NCBI RefSeq assembly: GCF_006345805.1
Contig: NC_043006.1
Location: forward strand, 51,150,001 to 51,214,000
DNA from: Octopus sinensis
Lineage: Eukaryota
Direction: 5' to 3'
Length of the DNA: 64,000 nucleotides
A model generated the notes under the pieces. The model saw nothing but the letters and a program-made list of their open reading frames with translations. It searched no databases and had not been told where the DNA came from. How positions within the stretch are numbered: the first letter of the stretch is position 1; every line of letters starts with the position of its first letter. Of the stretch, positions 42,520 through 55,290 are shown piece by piece. The translations under genes were made by a program, and so were the position numbers.

Positions 42520-43438
42520 TATTTTGATAAAATTTAGACATTTTAAATTTATTCAACGCCATCGCCAAGAAACACTGCTTGTGAGTACTGACAAGGCTTT
42601 GAGGTTAAAAAGTTCGTTTCCCAGCAACGTGGTTTGGGACAGTTCCACAGTGCATCGCCTTGGGCAAATGTCTTCTGTTAGAGTTCCCGATCAACCAATG
42701 CTTCGTGAGCGAATTGTAAGACAGAAACTTGTGTGGAAGACTGTCAATGTGCTTTTCTTTGTATTTGTCTCTCTTTGCCTGAGAACCTGTGCTGGTTTGC
42801 TTGGTGTCTCTTTTATACCATGTCATAACGATGTGGATGATTAAATAAAATGAGAGGAGGCTGCACGTGGTTCACTTAGGCAGCCATTGCTAAAATCGCA
42901 CTGAATATTTTATTTAACTATGATTGGTTAAACAAAACAAAAAGTAACAAATAACTCAATATATTACAAAGTAACGATTCGACAAAAGGAGTCCGATAAA
43001 CTATCAGTTTTAAAGTAATTATTGCGATCAGTGTGATCGACTAAAGGCTTTAGGGCGGTGCCTCAGCATGGCTGCGGTCAAATGGCTGAAATAAATGAAT
43101 ACGAAAAACTCTAAACGCAAGTGTGACTGCGCAATTAAGAAGTTCGCATTTCAACCAAGTGTTTTCGGTAGAGTCGAAATATATATATATAGCTCTTTTG
43201 TCTTAATAACGGTCAATTACATAGTAATTTCCCTTTGTTTAACGGTCATTTTCATGGCATTTTTTGATTGCCTCGATAACTGACGAGATGCCGGAGCAGT
43301 TTTCCGTCCCGACATCCGAAACTCTGAGTTTTACTATGGCAACCGAATACTTGTGACATTATATTACATATATATATATATATATATATATATAGCGATG
43401 GTGGGGCAACAAACACAACACATAAATACATACATACA

Positions 43439-43470
<32 letters not shown>

Positions 43471-43566
43471 CGTTAAGAGATATAAGTGGAAGTGACCAGT
43501 GGTGTATTTAAATAACATAGGTAAATATCAATATTTGAAGTAACTAATAACAAAATCTCTTGTTAT

Positions 43567-43569
<3 letters not shown>

Positions 43570-43648
<79 letters not shown>
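43570..43648. repeat. (TG)n microsatellite
   Basis: Direct reading. Confidence 0.9.
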
Positions 43649-43653
<5 letters not shown>

Positions 43654-44139
43654 GAGTTTTCGTCAGGATGACTCCAACTAATAGGTATGTACTCTGAGTA
43701 CTCGGTACGGTATGCTACTAAAACTCCGGTTTGAACTACGGATGAACATGCTATTTAATGATTGCCTTTCTAAAGTAGCTAGAAGTAGCTTCCTCTTGAG
43801 CAGGTAGATATAGATTAAAAGAGAAATAGAGAGACAAACGATTTGACAAGACTTGACGAGGACATTTAATTGTAGCTATATAATAAAAAGGTGTACATAG
43901 TCTCTAACAGTTGTTTCTAAAATATCTTAGCAATTGGAACACCATGCCAGGCAAGGATTCCATAGGGCGTGCATATCGTCATCGCAGAGGGAGAGGTTAA
44001 ACAGATGTGACAGTGGAGGAACTTTATTCATCAATGATATTATTGTAGTTCGTTTTGTCTAAAAAGTGGGGAGAAATCCAATTAAAAATCCAATTAAAAT
44101 ATCAATACATATTCCAGAAACAGCTGTCAGAGATGATTT

Positions 44140-44340
44140 TATTCTTTTATTTGTTTCAGTCAGTTGACTGCGGCCATGCTGGAGCGCCGCCTTTAGTCGA
44201 ACAAATTGACGCCAGGACTTATTCTTTGTAAGCCTAGTACTTATTCTATCAGTCACTTTTACCGAACCGCTATGTTATGGGGATGTAAACACACCAGCAT
44301 CGGTTGTCAAATGATGTTGGCGAGGACAAACATATACATA
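44140..44340 (-). mobile_element. SINE family A, 3' portion
   Basis: tgtttcagtcagttgactgcggccatgctggagcgccgcctttagtcg... Confidence 0.75.
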
Positions 44341-44859
44341 CATGCATGCATACATGCATACATACACACACACACATATATATATATATATATCTTGTTT
44401 TATTATACACATACACACACAAACAGGGAGAGAGAGAGAGCGTTACGGGATCTTTTCAAGGGGGAGAGAGAGAGAGAGAGATTGACATATATATAGATAT
44501 ATGTATGTATATTTGTGTATATAAGTGTGTATGTGTATATGACTTTGTGCATGTTTCACCCCCACCGATCGACGGCCGATAGAATAGGTACCAGATTCAA
44601 AAATCAAGTACTGTGGTTGATTTCTTTTAATAAACCTTTCAAGTTGGTGCTCCAACATAGCTACAGTATAATGAGTGAAACAGGGAAAAGGTAAAACATT
44701 CGCCTTTTCATTAAATAAAGCTCTGTGAGGCGGTAAACAATTTATTTTATTTCTTTTGAAGTGTGGCAATGGGATTTGTCTGTCTGTGAACTACTATGTA
44801 CTTGGGAAATTTTTATATCATATTCACACTCGTGCACGTAGAAACCCTGTGACCTTTAA

Positions 44860-45078
44860 ATCCGTGCTAGCTAGTCGTGACTAGTCGATCCTACAACGAC
44901 TACCTAGCAAAGTAAATAAAACACAAAATAAATAAAAATTTTTACACAAAGTAAATAATTTTTTTTAAACAAAGTAAATAAAACACAAAAACACAAAGTA
45001 AATAATTTTTTAAACAAAGTAAATAACACGCAAAAACACAAAGTAAGGATCGACTAGTCACGACTAGCTAGCGCGGAT
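44860..45078. repeat. 33-bp inverted repeat enclosing tandem caaagtaaataa units
   Basis: 44860-44892 vs 45046-45078, 32/33. Confidence 0.85.
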
Positions 45079-45254
45079 GCGCGAGTGCGCGCACTGGGAC
45101 CATTCTTCTTAAGTAGTACCTATTTACTCTAATATTTATAAAATAGTCAAAAACTCAAATGAAAAGTCAGTTGAAATTTGTTATCACTTTAGAATTTTTA
45201 ATATTTTCGCGCCGGAATTCTGCTTTACGCACGGTAAATAACTTCTCATAACTC

Positions 45255-45536
45255 ATTATTTACACTCGATGGATATTTGTCCTCTTGGCTGATATACCTC
45301 CAGCCTGAGGAAATTTCGAACCTGGGTTCTCATTCCTAAGGTGTTTTTCGGTGTTATTATTATTATTATTATTACTATTGTTATTGTTCAGGTCACTGCT
45401 TGAAATCGAACTCGGAATTTTGGGGTTAGTAGTCCGCGCTCTTAACCACTACGCCATAAACCCAAGGGCATATGGCGTAGTGGTTAAGAGCGCGGGCTAC
45501 TAACCCCATGGTTCCGAGTTCGATTCCAAGCAGTGA

Positions 45537-45589
<53 letters not shown>

Positions 45590-46224
45590 TAATAATAATA
45601 ATGCCCTGATGCAGTACCAGGCAATGCCCTGATGCAGTACCAGGCAATGCCCTGATGCAGTACCAGGTAATGCCCTGATGCAGTACCAGGCAATGGCTCT
45701 CATGGCTTCTGATCTTAACTGATTGCAAGTGTTATCATGTACATTGTTTTGTCTTGGTATAAAAGATGGGCTACAGCAAATATTCTGCTCAATACCACAG
45801 ATTTGCTTGTCAGTTGTTTTACCTTAACCAGTTGAGCATGTCCCTTAGTGGCTGACGATTGTGCATCTCTGATCACGAGCAGAAGTAGTGGGGGAGCATC
45901 ATAGCCATGTGTTGAGAGGGATTCTGTGGGGTTTGAATAATTCACCTCTGGAAACATGGGTGGTTCTTTCAACATCCTTAAACAACCCTTATTCAGGGAC
46001 CGTTTGAGCGGGATGGGCTACTCAACCTGAAGAAAATTCTAACTGGGCCCCACCTGCAAGGTCATGTGCTGTTTATCTCGATATGAGATCACCATGTCGC
46101 GCACATATGGTTGTGATGCATGTGCCTGGTGTGCCTTTATCAGACGGGTAGTCATGATGGGTATATTGGGCTTCGTATATTTTACCCCAGTGTCACTTTG
46201 ATGGCATGAACTGCTCTCTCACTC

Positions 46225-46297
<73 letters not shown>

Positions 46298-46499
46298 GTA
46301 ATAATAATAATAACAACAACAACATCGAAAAATACCTTAGGAATGAGAACCCAGGTTCGAAATTTCCCCAAGACACCTGAAGAAGGCTGGAGCGTATATC
46401 AACCGAAACGTTGTGTTAACAACACACAAGATGAGGACAAATATCCGTCGAGTGTAAATAATGTACATAATTCCTCATGTCTTAAATATAGAACTGTAC
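45255..46499. mobile_element. inverted dimer of a tRNA-head/(AAT)n/Penelope-like-tail element, with a nested repeat in the (AAT)n
   Basis: 11-bp TSD tctcataactc at 45244-45254 and 46500-46510. Head arms 45389-45458 and 45471-45540 (65/70). Tail arms 45255-45355 and 46321-46462. A 23-bp unit x4 lies at 45601-45692. Confidence 0.8.
46373..46416 (+). ncRNA. minimal type-I hammerhead ribozyme-like motif
   Basis: Stem I ACAC/GTGT. Core CTGAAGA (46377-46383) plus one extra A. Stem II GGCTG/CAACC, GAAA (46405-46408), loopless palindromic stem III AC|GT. Predicted cleavage after GUU at 46412. Confidence 0.6.
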
Positions 46500-47024
46500 T
46501 CTCATAACTCAATTTTTTTGTATTTTCAAAAGATTCTTGCGAACTTGTACTCTAAACACGGGAACTCATACAACAATGCAATAACCAAAAACAAAAATAT
46601 AAAAATTATGATTTAAGGTGTATTTGGCTGTTGTTTTTAGCACGCTTGTTTGTCAGTGACGTATTGATGTTTTTCAATATCTTTCTCCTCATAAACACAT
46701 TTAATGGTCCATTGCTGGGATTTTAGCTAAAAATTCGGACTGTGCGTATTTTAAACTGATTTGAAAAAAATGTCGAAAAATTAAAAAGAAAATTCTTTAA
46801 AATTAAAAAAATTGAAAAACGATTTTTTTTTTTTTTTGCATAGTCGTTTGAACTCCCGTTGGTAGAACACAAAATCACAAACATTTTCCGAAACTTCCTA
46901 AGAATAAAAAGTTATGAGGGGTTATATGTCATGCGTAAAGCAGAATTACACCAAAACGGTTCCCTGATCCTTATGCTAATTTAAAATAAATTCATACCCT
47001 TTAGTCACCAATCCGGGCGAACGT

Positions 47025-47785
47025 CAGAGATAGGTAGCACCAACAAATTGGAATTTCTCCATTTTGACACGGATGTTTCATTTTCTTTTAACAGGATTGC
47101 CCCTGGAGATGAACTGATGCATCTTTTTCAGAAAAAAATTTTTCGAAAATGTTTTTTTTTTACCCCCAACCCCATCTTTCCTTCTCTGGACCAATTTTGG
47201 TCGAATTTGTGGGCACTACGCACAATCGTTCTTTTGGGCACTACACACTTAAAAACTATAGAAGCCTTTTCGGTAAAAAATTTTTTTTTCAGATGAAAAG
47301 GTATATGATTAAAGGGAGATTTGGCTGTTGTTTCTAGCATATCCTATGACCACCTTCCTCGTTTCTTTCTCAAGTGTTGATGTTTTTCAATATTTTCTCC
47401 CCATTAATAGCATAAACTCATTCATGGTATCAAAAAAAGTTTGAAAATTTACGGTTTTTATCAACCTTACCGCTCATGGGATATGCTAGAAACAACAGCC
47501 AAATGTCCCAAATGTCACACACCATTTCGTCTGAACATGTATTTTTTTCTTTTTTTTTTTTTTTTACCGAAAAGGCTTCTATAGTTTTTAAATGCGTAGT
47601 GCCCACAAAATCCGCCAAAATCGGTCCAGAGAGAAGATGGAGGTAGGGGATTAAAAAAAACATTTTTCGGAATTTTCTTTTTTATGAAAACGATGCTCCA
47701 GATCATTTCCAAGGGCACCGTGAGAAAAAATCTGAAAAATCCCCGACAAAACGGAGAAATTCCAACATGGTACTACCTATCTCTG
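47025..47785. repeat. large foldback (about 310-bp imperfect arms, about 134-bp spacer)
   Basis: Perfect inverted blocks of 26 bp (atttggctgttgtttctagcatatcc) and 30 bp (aaaaactatagaagccttttcggtaaaaaa). Confidence 0.8.
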
Positions 47786-48585
47786 GCATCCACCACAACA
47801 CGTTTAATACCAAGTCAAGTTCTATGATAGAAACTTCCTATCTTAAAGTGATTTAAATTTAAATTTTCCATCAAAATTTCATATTAAGTTATGTTTCAAT
47901 ACCAGCTTAGCAATAATTTATTTCACTAAATTTTTCATTATTTACAAAACTAACTGGAATAAAAGCAGTCCATTTCAATACAAATAGTGACAAAAGGTTT
48001 TTAAATAAATAATAACTGTTAAATCAGGGAAAAGAGAAGAAGGCGGAGATTGAATGAGTGATATACAGAAAAAATAACAGGGAAAAGGGAGACAGAGAAC
48101 AAGGCCAAGAAAGAGAAAGAAGAAAGAAAAATGATACGATACTATTAAATTTGTAGTTGGTGACCGTTTAAGAAAGTGGGACAAGCAGTTATGAAATACG
48201 CGCCAATTTCAAATTTTTTATACTGCTGTTTTGTACTTAATGTAAAACTCATACACACATTTCACACACTCTAAGTTTTAAATGAGAAACCGTTGCAACC
48301 TGAAGATTTTTCTTTTTAAATAAAAGTGCTATTTGGTGATGAATAATATTCTTTTCTTCGTATTCACAATTTTAAAAATTAATGTGTTTTTAGGGGTATA
48401 TATATATATATTATATATATATATATATTATATATACATATATTTATATATAATATATACATACATGCATTTAATTCACAGTTTAAACGCAGCACGTCCA
48501 TAAATGATACCCCCAGACGAATGCCACAGTTAATTTGCCTTTTCGCGATTATTTGCTGTCAATATGCCTATATATAACACAGATG

Positions 48586-48624
<39 letters not shown>

Positions 48625-48710
48625 TATATATTATATATATATAATATATATATATATATAATACATATATATACCTATATACATATATATATATACACAT
48701 ATATATACAT

Positions 48711-48880
48711 GCGGAGTAGATGAAGCAGGGACAACTGAGGAAGGGAAATATTCCTTGTGTTGTATGTCTTGTGCTCTGTTTTTTTTTTTCGCTGTTTGAA
48801 AAAAAGTTCGTTTCTGTTTTTGCTTTTATGTTTTCGTTTCTCATTGTGTTCAACGTTTTTTTTTATGTCCTGTACCCATA
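48711..48880 (+). mobile_element. second copy of the 6.9-kb Penelope-like repeat
   Basis: gggacaaCTGAGGAagggaaatattcctt...atgtcctgtacccat. Confidence 0.45.
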
Positions 48881-50009
48881 TATGCATGTATATATTCATA
48901 TATATGTGGGTATGTACATATATGTATGTATATATGCATATATTTATATTATTACATATATATGTATGTATATGTATATAGAGTTGAAATTTACAGAAAA
49001 GCAGAAGTCGAAAGACAGGTGTATGAACAAGCAGGTTTGACGCTCGGGAAAGTAAAAAGTGAGAAAGTCTTTTACGTTTCGAGTCACATATGCATGCATG
49101 CATGTATATATGTATGTATCGTAGCATGGATAAAATGCTTAGCAGCATTTCAACCGTCTGTACGTTCTGAATTAAAATTCTGTCGTGGTCGACTTTGCCA
49201 TTCATCATACGCGATCGATGAAATAAAGGATTTATTCCACCGAAATGAATATCTGCCGAGTACTGGAGTCGATGTACTCGACTGTCCCGCCACTACCTAG
49301 AGCTTGTGCCGATAGCAAGGGGGGTATTTATTCTATTTTTTTTAATATTCTTAAATGCTGTAATAAAATTTTACATTTTTATTTTCTACTTCATTACATT
49401 TTCATGAGAAAAGCAATTAACTTTTGCCGTATATGTAATAAGACTTGTTTTAATTCTCCCTCATTTAGTTGCACTTTTAGTATAAAAACGTTCGCTACCT
49501 CCACTCCTTTGAATATCTTTTAAATAAACAACTACGAAACATATTTGAGGCAGAGACAGACAGAATGATAAATATACAGGGTGGGAGAGAGAGCGCGAGA
49601 GAGAAAAGATAAGAGAAAAGAAATATATGGGCTTTATACTAGGACTTGATAATCGTTTGACAAAAGGAGGTCAACGGTTGAAATAGGCGCCAATTTCAAA
49701 CTCAACGGTTTAATGCGGTGTGTATGTATGTCAAGATATACAAGTCTGTGTATACACACCCCGAACTCGCATCTACTCACACACACCCCTCACACTCTCG
49801 AGACATATTTTCTTTATTTAATGTTGCAGCAATTTGAAATTCTTTACAATTCAATATTAAATAAATATACAAATGTTGTTTGGATATAGTTTGTAATGTA
49901 TGATATAATTTTTTTCGTATTAGGAATTTTAAAATTTTGTATAGTATGGGTGATCTATCTATTTAGCTATCTACTTATCGATCGATCAATCTACATACGT
50001 GCAAATATA

Positions 50010-50060
<51 letters not shown>

Positions 50061-51022
50061 TTGCGTGTGTGTATGTATAGGCCGTTTTAATTATCGCAAC
50101 GAAAAGACTCACTGAAACATATTCAACACTTTATTTTATAAAGCTTTATAATAAATAAGAAGTGAATTTTATCCCCGTTAAAATAGTACTTCAACGGTTT
50201 AATTACTATATTCTATTCCTAAAAAAAGTAATTAAAAGATCAGTTTACGTTTTCAATTATCACTCCATTATTTCTCATTCCATTTTCGAAATAAATCTAC
50301 ATTAGCTTTCCGTATATTTATTCAATTATTGCACTTTTAATACAGTTTCTAATTTAGACACGAGGTCAGCAACTTTTGAGAGGCGGTTGTTAAGTTAATT
50401 ACATTCGCCATTACTTGAATAGCACTCAAATTTATTGATCCTGGAAGAGTGGAAAGGAAAACTGATCTCGGAGGGATTTGAACTCAGAACGTAAAGAACC
50501 GGAACGAATACATGCTATTTTTCTGATGCTTTAATGATTTCAACAATCTTTCACCCTCGTTACATTCTCCTTACAAAAAGGTCACCTGGCGGTTAGTTTA
50601 CAATAGTTTAAATAATAACTGCTAAATCTTAAGGATGAAAGAAGATACATGTAGCGAGGGAGTGGGTGAAAAAGTGGCGAGAACAAGAGGAGAGAAGTAA
50701 GAGATAAAAGCGCCTTTAAGTTTGTGACCGTTTAAGAAAGGGTGACTGCGATTGGCTATAAACTACACAAAGTAGGCGCCAATTTCTTTGCTCCCTCCCT
50801 CTCTCTTTCTCTGGAGTTGCCGATTTGAAATCTTTTTTATGATGTTTATTAGTCAAATAAATATAAAATTGATGTTTTGGTTAAAGTGGATGTAATTTTT
50901 ATTTTCTGTCTGGAATTAAAAATAAATTAATATACTTTAGGGTGAATTAATTTTGTGACACTTTGGGCAAATGTCTTCAACTGAAGCCTCTGGCCGACCA
51001 AATCCATGTGAGTGGATTTGTA

Positions 51023-52076
51023 CAGGGTGGTCCGAAAGTCTTGTCATCTCCTGTGAATATTGTTTCAATTTTCTTTTATCAAGGAGAGGGTTTCGCAAGC
51101 GCGATACTAGAATACCCAACAGTTGAAGGACGCTGTTTCAGTAGCCTTTACAACAATCACCAAGGCACAGCTTTGTAAAATATCACACAACACCGCCTCA
51201 TTTTGTGCCACGAAAATGATGTTCATACAGACAGCGCTGGATTAACCATTAAGCAAAATAAGCACGTGCTTAGGGTATCAAGGGAAGTGGGGAAATAGAA
51301 AATGGTTTACGGTACCAAAAAAATCGCTTTAAACCTGCTAAAATAATATTCGGGATGCCTTATCTCTACTAAGTATAGAAGCAGATGTGTTATGTGAGAT
51401 TAATTTTCAGGAGCTGATCGAAGACTGCAATTAAAAAAAGTGGGAGAGAACTTTTCAAATATAAATAAAATGAAAGTATACAAAAATAAACATTATTTTC
51501 CATCTTACTGTTAGTTTTGTTTCATTTTGAAAAATAAAAATTTATACGGATCTTTTCAATCTCAGTCAGTGATTGAAAAGATCCATTTATACTATGTTTT
51601 ATTATTGTTTATATTTTGAATTCCATATACATGGAAGCACCAAAATCTTTTGAGTGCATAGGGCCTTTATGAGTTTTAATCCGGCTTGCATACATACCCT
51701 TTCGATGTGTAATAGTGTCAGTGTCAATAGAGGTGAATATACTAAAACCAGTACATGTGTTTGATATTATTATATTGTTCTTGTGGCGGCACATGGTTCG
51801 AATCTCAGACTGGGCGATGTGTGTGTTTATGAGCGAAACGCTTAAGCTCCACGCGACTCCGGCAGAAGGTAATGGCGAACTTCTGCTAACTCTTTCGCCA
51901 CAACTTTCTCTCACTTTTTCCTCCTGCATCTTGCAGCTCACCTGCAACGGACCGGCGTCCCGTCCAGGTGGGGAACATATACGCCAAGGAAACCGGCCCT
52001 TATGAGCCAGGCATGGCTCGAGAAGGAACAAATATTACTTTTCGGTAGGGGGTGACAAGACCTTCGGACCACCCTA
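51023..52076. mobile_element. Tc1/mariner deletion derivative with TA TSD, inserted in a SINE A and carrying nested elements
   Basis: 24-bp TIRs cagggtggtccgaaagtcttgtca / tgacaagaccttcggaccacccta (22/24). TA at 51021-51022 and 52077-52078. The host SINE reads ggatttg|TA|gacagaaactgaaag. Confidence 0.8.
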
Positions 52077-53369
52077 TAGACAGAAACTGAAAGAGACCCA
52101 CATGTGTACTGGAGTCGTTTCGTTCGACTAAAAGCTTTTCAAGGCGGTACCCCTGTACAAAACATATTGAGTAAGTGTCTTTACTATAGGCTTGAGTCGC
52201 CTGATGCTGTGTTAGTGAAATTGGGTAAACCTATACCTGCAATTTCGAAGGTTTATCGTTCGAGTCTCGCAGTCATGGTGATTCTCCTCGAGAATTGCAT
52301 TGAAAGTTTACGTCTCTGTGGAATGTTCTTCCCTTCACTTGAATAAGTGGGCGATGAAGATGGATGGATAAATTAATTTTGATATTTTGGTTATTGTTTT
52401 TGAAAATTTTAATTACTGCGTATTTGATGATCAGAATGAGTGGTTTTCAAACTTTTTCAAGCTGCCGCTCCCTTGATTCTCAGGCTACCTCTCTAGCGCC
52501 CTCACCCCCACCCCAATTCATCACCACAGACATAGACCACTTTTTGCAGCAAATTCAAAACAACTGTAATTCACAAATAAAACTTTCCCTAACTGACCCA
52601 TTATTTTGTTGGTTTTACATCCATTACACCTCTTTTTGGCCACCCCATTACCACTCCCTTTTGGTCACCCCATTGTCACCACCCTTTTTTTCCAACGCCC
52701 CCAATGATAAACAGTGAAACTTACAAGATACTGGAAGAGGGAATAGTGTCAGTGATACTAATCAGGATCTGCTGGTTCGAATAGTGAACCATTGCTAATA
52801 TCTATGGAACTGACAATCACAGATGCTATTCCGCCACTGAAAGATTTTACATGGCATTACACTATCTAGATGTTTACCCAGCATCACTAGTCACATACTC
52901 AGAGAAGAAGAGTGTCTTGTTGTGGTTTCGGCTATTATCATAGAGTTCGAAAAAAATCACTCAAATAAATCTGGACTACTGAAATATGAAACAAACCATT
53001 ATATTTTCAATTTTAAATGCTTGCATCCCCGTCAACCAGCCTCGAAAACCCAGTAAAGAGTGGTAGACACTTTGGGAACTACTGGTTTAAAATTTCATAA
53101 TTCATCTCACTACTAATCTACTTTCGGTTTATGAATACATAAGTTGAATTTTCGTTCCATTTGGGTAAGTGTATGTTCATAGTTTAGCATTCTTTCCACG
53201 GGAATTTGTATTTAAGCACAATAGTTCATTTTCTGAAGTAAATCCTTCCAAATGGTGACTACTCTACTTGCTTTGTGAAATGAAGATTTGTGATTTCCAT
53301 TACATCCATTTTGTGCATTCGTATTTTCTTTCTCTCTAAAACTTTAGATTTTGGTATATATCGAGGAGA

Positions 53370-53605
53370 AAGGCGGCGAGCTGGCAGAAACGTTAGCACG
53401 CCGGGCGAAATGCGTAGCCGTATTTCGTCTGCTTGTAACGTTCTGAGTTCAAATTCCGCCGAGGTCGACTTTGCTTTTCATCCTTTCGGGGTCGATAAAT
53501 TAAGTACCAGTTACACACTGGGGTCGATATAATCGACTTAATCCGTCTGCCCGTCCTTGTTTGTCTCCTCTGTGTTTAGCCCCTTGTGAGTAGTAAAGAA
53601 ATAGA
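53370..53605 (+). mobile_element. full-length SINE family D monomer with 15-bp TSD
   Basis: TSD tatatatcgaggaga at 53355-53369 and 53606-53620. Confidence 0.9.
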
Positions 53606-54533
53606 TATATATCGAGGAGAGTTTCAGATGGAAGTCTACATAATTTTCGTGCAAGTATTTCAATTAAAATTGGCAATTTTCATTTGAGGGAGAATTTTTG
53701 CTTATTATTTCAGGCTATGTGGCCTCTACACCATCGATTGTCCTATTAATAAAGTTTTTCCATACGGAGTTATATGCAAAAGTCTTGTTATTATCAGTGT
53801 CATGATGCTTGAGTTCTAATTCATTATAAATAAAATCAGGGATTTTGAATACCCAAGATATCAGTATTTTTCTTTTGTTCCAATACCCTTTCATCAGGAG
53901 AAGAGGGTGTGTCCATTAGCCTTTACTTGGCCTTCGAGACTTGTTGGGAGATGCAAGCATGTAAAACTGAAAATATAATGGCTTGCTTCATATTTTTCGA
54001 GCACCACGGTAAAAACTGAAGCCACAATAGGACGCTGTTCTTCTTTGAGTGTGTAACTAGTGATACTGGACGAACATCTAGATAGTGTAATGCTATGCTA
54101 AATCTTTCGGTAGCGGAGTGACATCTGCGAGTGCCAGCTCTATAGATATTAGCAATGATTCACTATTCGAACCAACTGGTCGTGGTCAGTATCATTGGCA
54201 TGATCCTTTTTTGCAGCATCTTGTAAGTCTCACTGTTTATCATTGTTTAACTGAATCCTCCGCCAAAACTGTACGGCTACCATGATGCTTCTCATTTTGT
54301 GATGGTGATTGTCATTTAGCAAAGTAGGTCCGTTGCAAGGGCTGTTAAACCCTGTTGGGCCTGATTAGCTCTACCAGTAGTAAAACTCCCACCGGTAGAG
54401 CGCTTTGGGTCGTTGAGATACGTAGGTGCCATTTTCCGTAGGTGAGAATCATTGGTGGTTACGATGGAATTTCGTTACACCAGCGTTTGCAGGACGTCCT
54501 CGTCGAGCTCTACAGATGCTCACCCACGGAAAA

Positions 54534-54604
<71 letters not shown>

Positions 54605-54635
54605 ATATCTATCTATCTATCTATCTATCTATCTA
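54534..54635. repeat. (ATCT)n microsatellite
   Basis: Direct reading. Confidence 0.9.
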
Positions 54636-54649
54636 CCTAACTATCTAAA

Positions 54650-54680
<31 letters not shown>

Positions 54681-54759
54681 AGATAAATAGATGTATTCTC
54701 TTTTGAGATACTGGCACTCGAGGTACATCACATGAAGCTATGAATTATATATATATATA

Positions 54760-55290
54760 TATTGGGTCATCCCAAATACAATGCGTTTTTTTAAAACTTC
54801 TTTTATTTTTCAAAATCGAGATAAACAAAGTTGTTTTTTTAATCCAAAACGTACTCTCCTTCATTTTCTACAATGATCTTTCAGCTATTTGTTAGACTTG
54901 CATCACTTGTCCACGATGAAAAATACTCCTCCAGTACTGTTCTGACCTCGTCTACAAAATGCATATTTTTCCCGTCAAATGATTTTAAAGACTGCGGAAT
55001 AAACGATACTCAGATGGGACAATGTCTGGCAAATATGGTGGGTGGAGCATCGTTTACCATTCAAACTACTCTATCCTTTGTAATGTCATCCTCACTGTAT
55101 GTGGCTGAACATTATCCTGATGGAAGAACACCTTTCGTCTTGAAAACAAAGATGGTCGTTTTTCTTCTAGCACTGACTCAAGCGCGATTAGACATGGAAA
55201 GTTTGTGAGAAACCCATTGACACAATTTTGCTGACTTTTCCAATGGCATGCAGGTGTCAATGAATGGTTGAATGACCAAATCTAAGCTTC
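54760..55290 (-). mobile_element. mariner transposase C-terminal relic with TIR
   Basis: Remnants FFHQDNVQPH and HPPYLPDIVPSEYRLF. TIR-like tattgggtcatccc next to (TA)n. Confidence 0.8.

Noticed and set aside
45466-45540. Possible tRNA gene (also the heads at 4820, 17958, 23836 and 53370)
   Set aside because: A and B boxes are present, but there is no acceptor stem, the anticodon stem is weak, and each head is fused to repeat bodies. These are SINE heads.
45601-45692. Four 23-bp repeats resembling a CRISPR array
   Set aside because: They are contiguous with no spacers, there are no cas genes, and the context is eukaryotic. This is a local tandem duplication.
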